From Sarea resinae (lineage: Eukaryota): a stretch of DNA of 20,000 nucleotides. The stretch covers positions 169,006 through 189,005 of the forward strand of contig JAPEUD010000051.1 of assembly GCA_026026165.1 (NCBI GenBank), read 5' to 3'. The translations under genes and the position numbers were made by a program. The stretch's first letter is position 1; the number at the start of each line of letters is the position of its first letter. Of this stretch, positions 19,959 to 20,000 are shown piece after piece. The notes below the pieces were generated by a model. It worked only from the letters and a program-made list of their open reading frames with translations, was not told where the DNA came from and did no database searches.

Positions 19959-20000
19959 TTGATAGCCTGCTAAAGAAGCCTATAATTTCGTGGTTTTTCA

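Overview
Fungal (filamentous ascomycete, Pezizomycotina-type) nuclear DNA with short GT-AG introns and CTRAC/CTAAT branch points. The left ~15.6 kb holds six intact spliced or single-exon genes: U1 snRNP 70K (+), MRT4 (-), MDM10 (+), a ~905-aa DUF5923/DUF4449 (HAM1-like, BPI-like) protein (-), a DUF4211-type protein (+) and a GT71 MNN2-like alpha-1,2-mannosyltransferase (+). The right ~4.3 kb is accessory and shows RIP-type damage: a TpA-rich gene relic, a pseudogenised NLR-like gene (alpha/beta-hydrolase + truncated NACHT) and a nest of decayed LTR retrotransposon pieces (copia RT, a copia LTR with PBS, and an inner solo LTR). The most interesting signal is in the U1-70K gene. Its 3' flank has a dense cluster of consensus 5' splice-site (U1-binding) motifs, and its RRM intron 3 has a weak productive donor competing with an internal frameshifting donor. 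Together these suggest a U1 snRNP autoregulatory circuit. All gene models and counts were made by eye.
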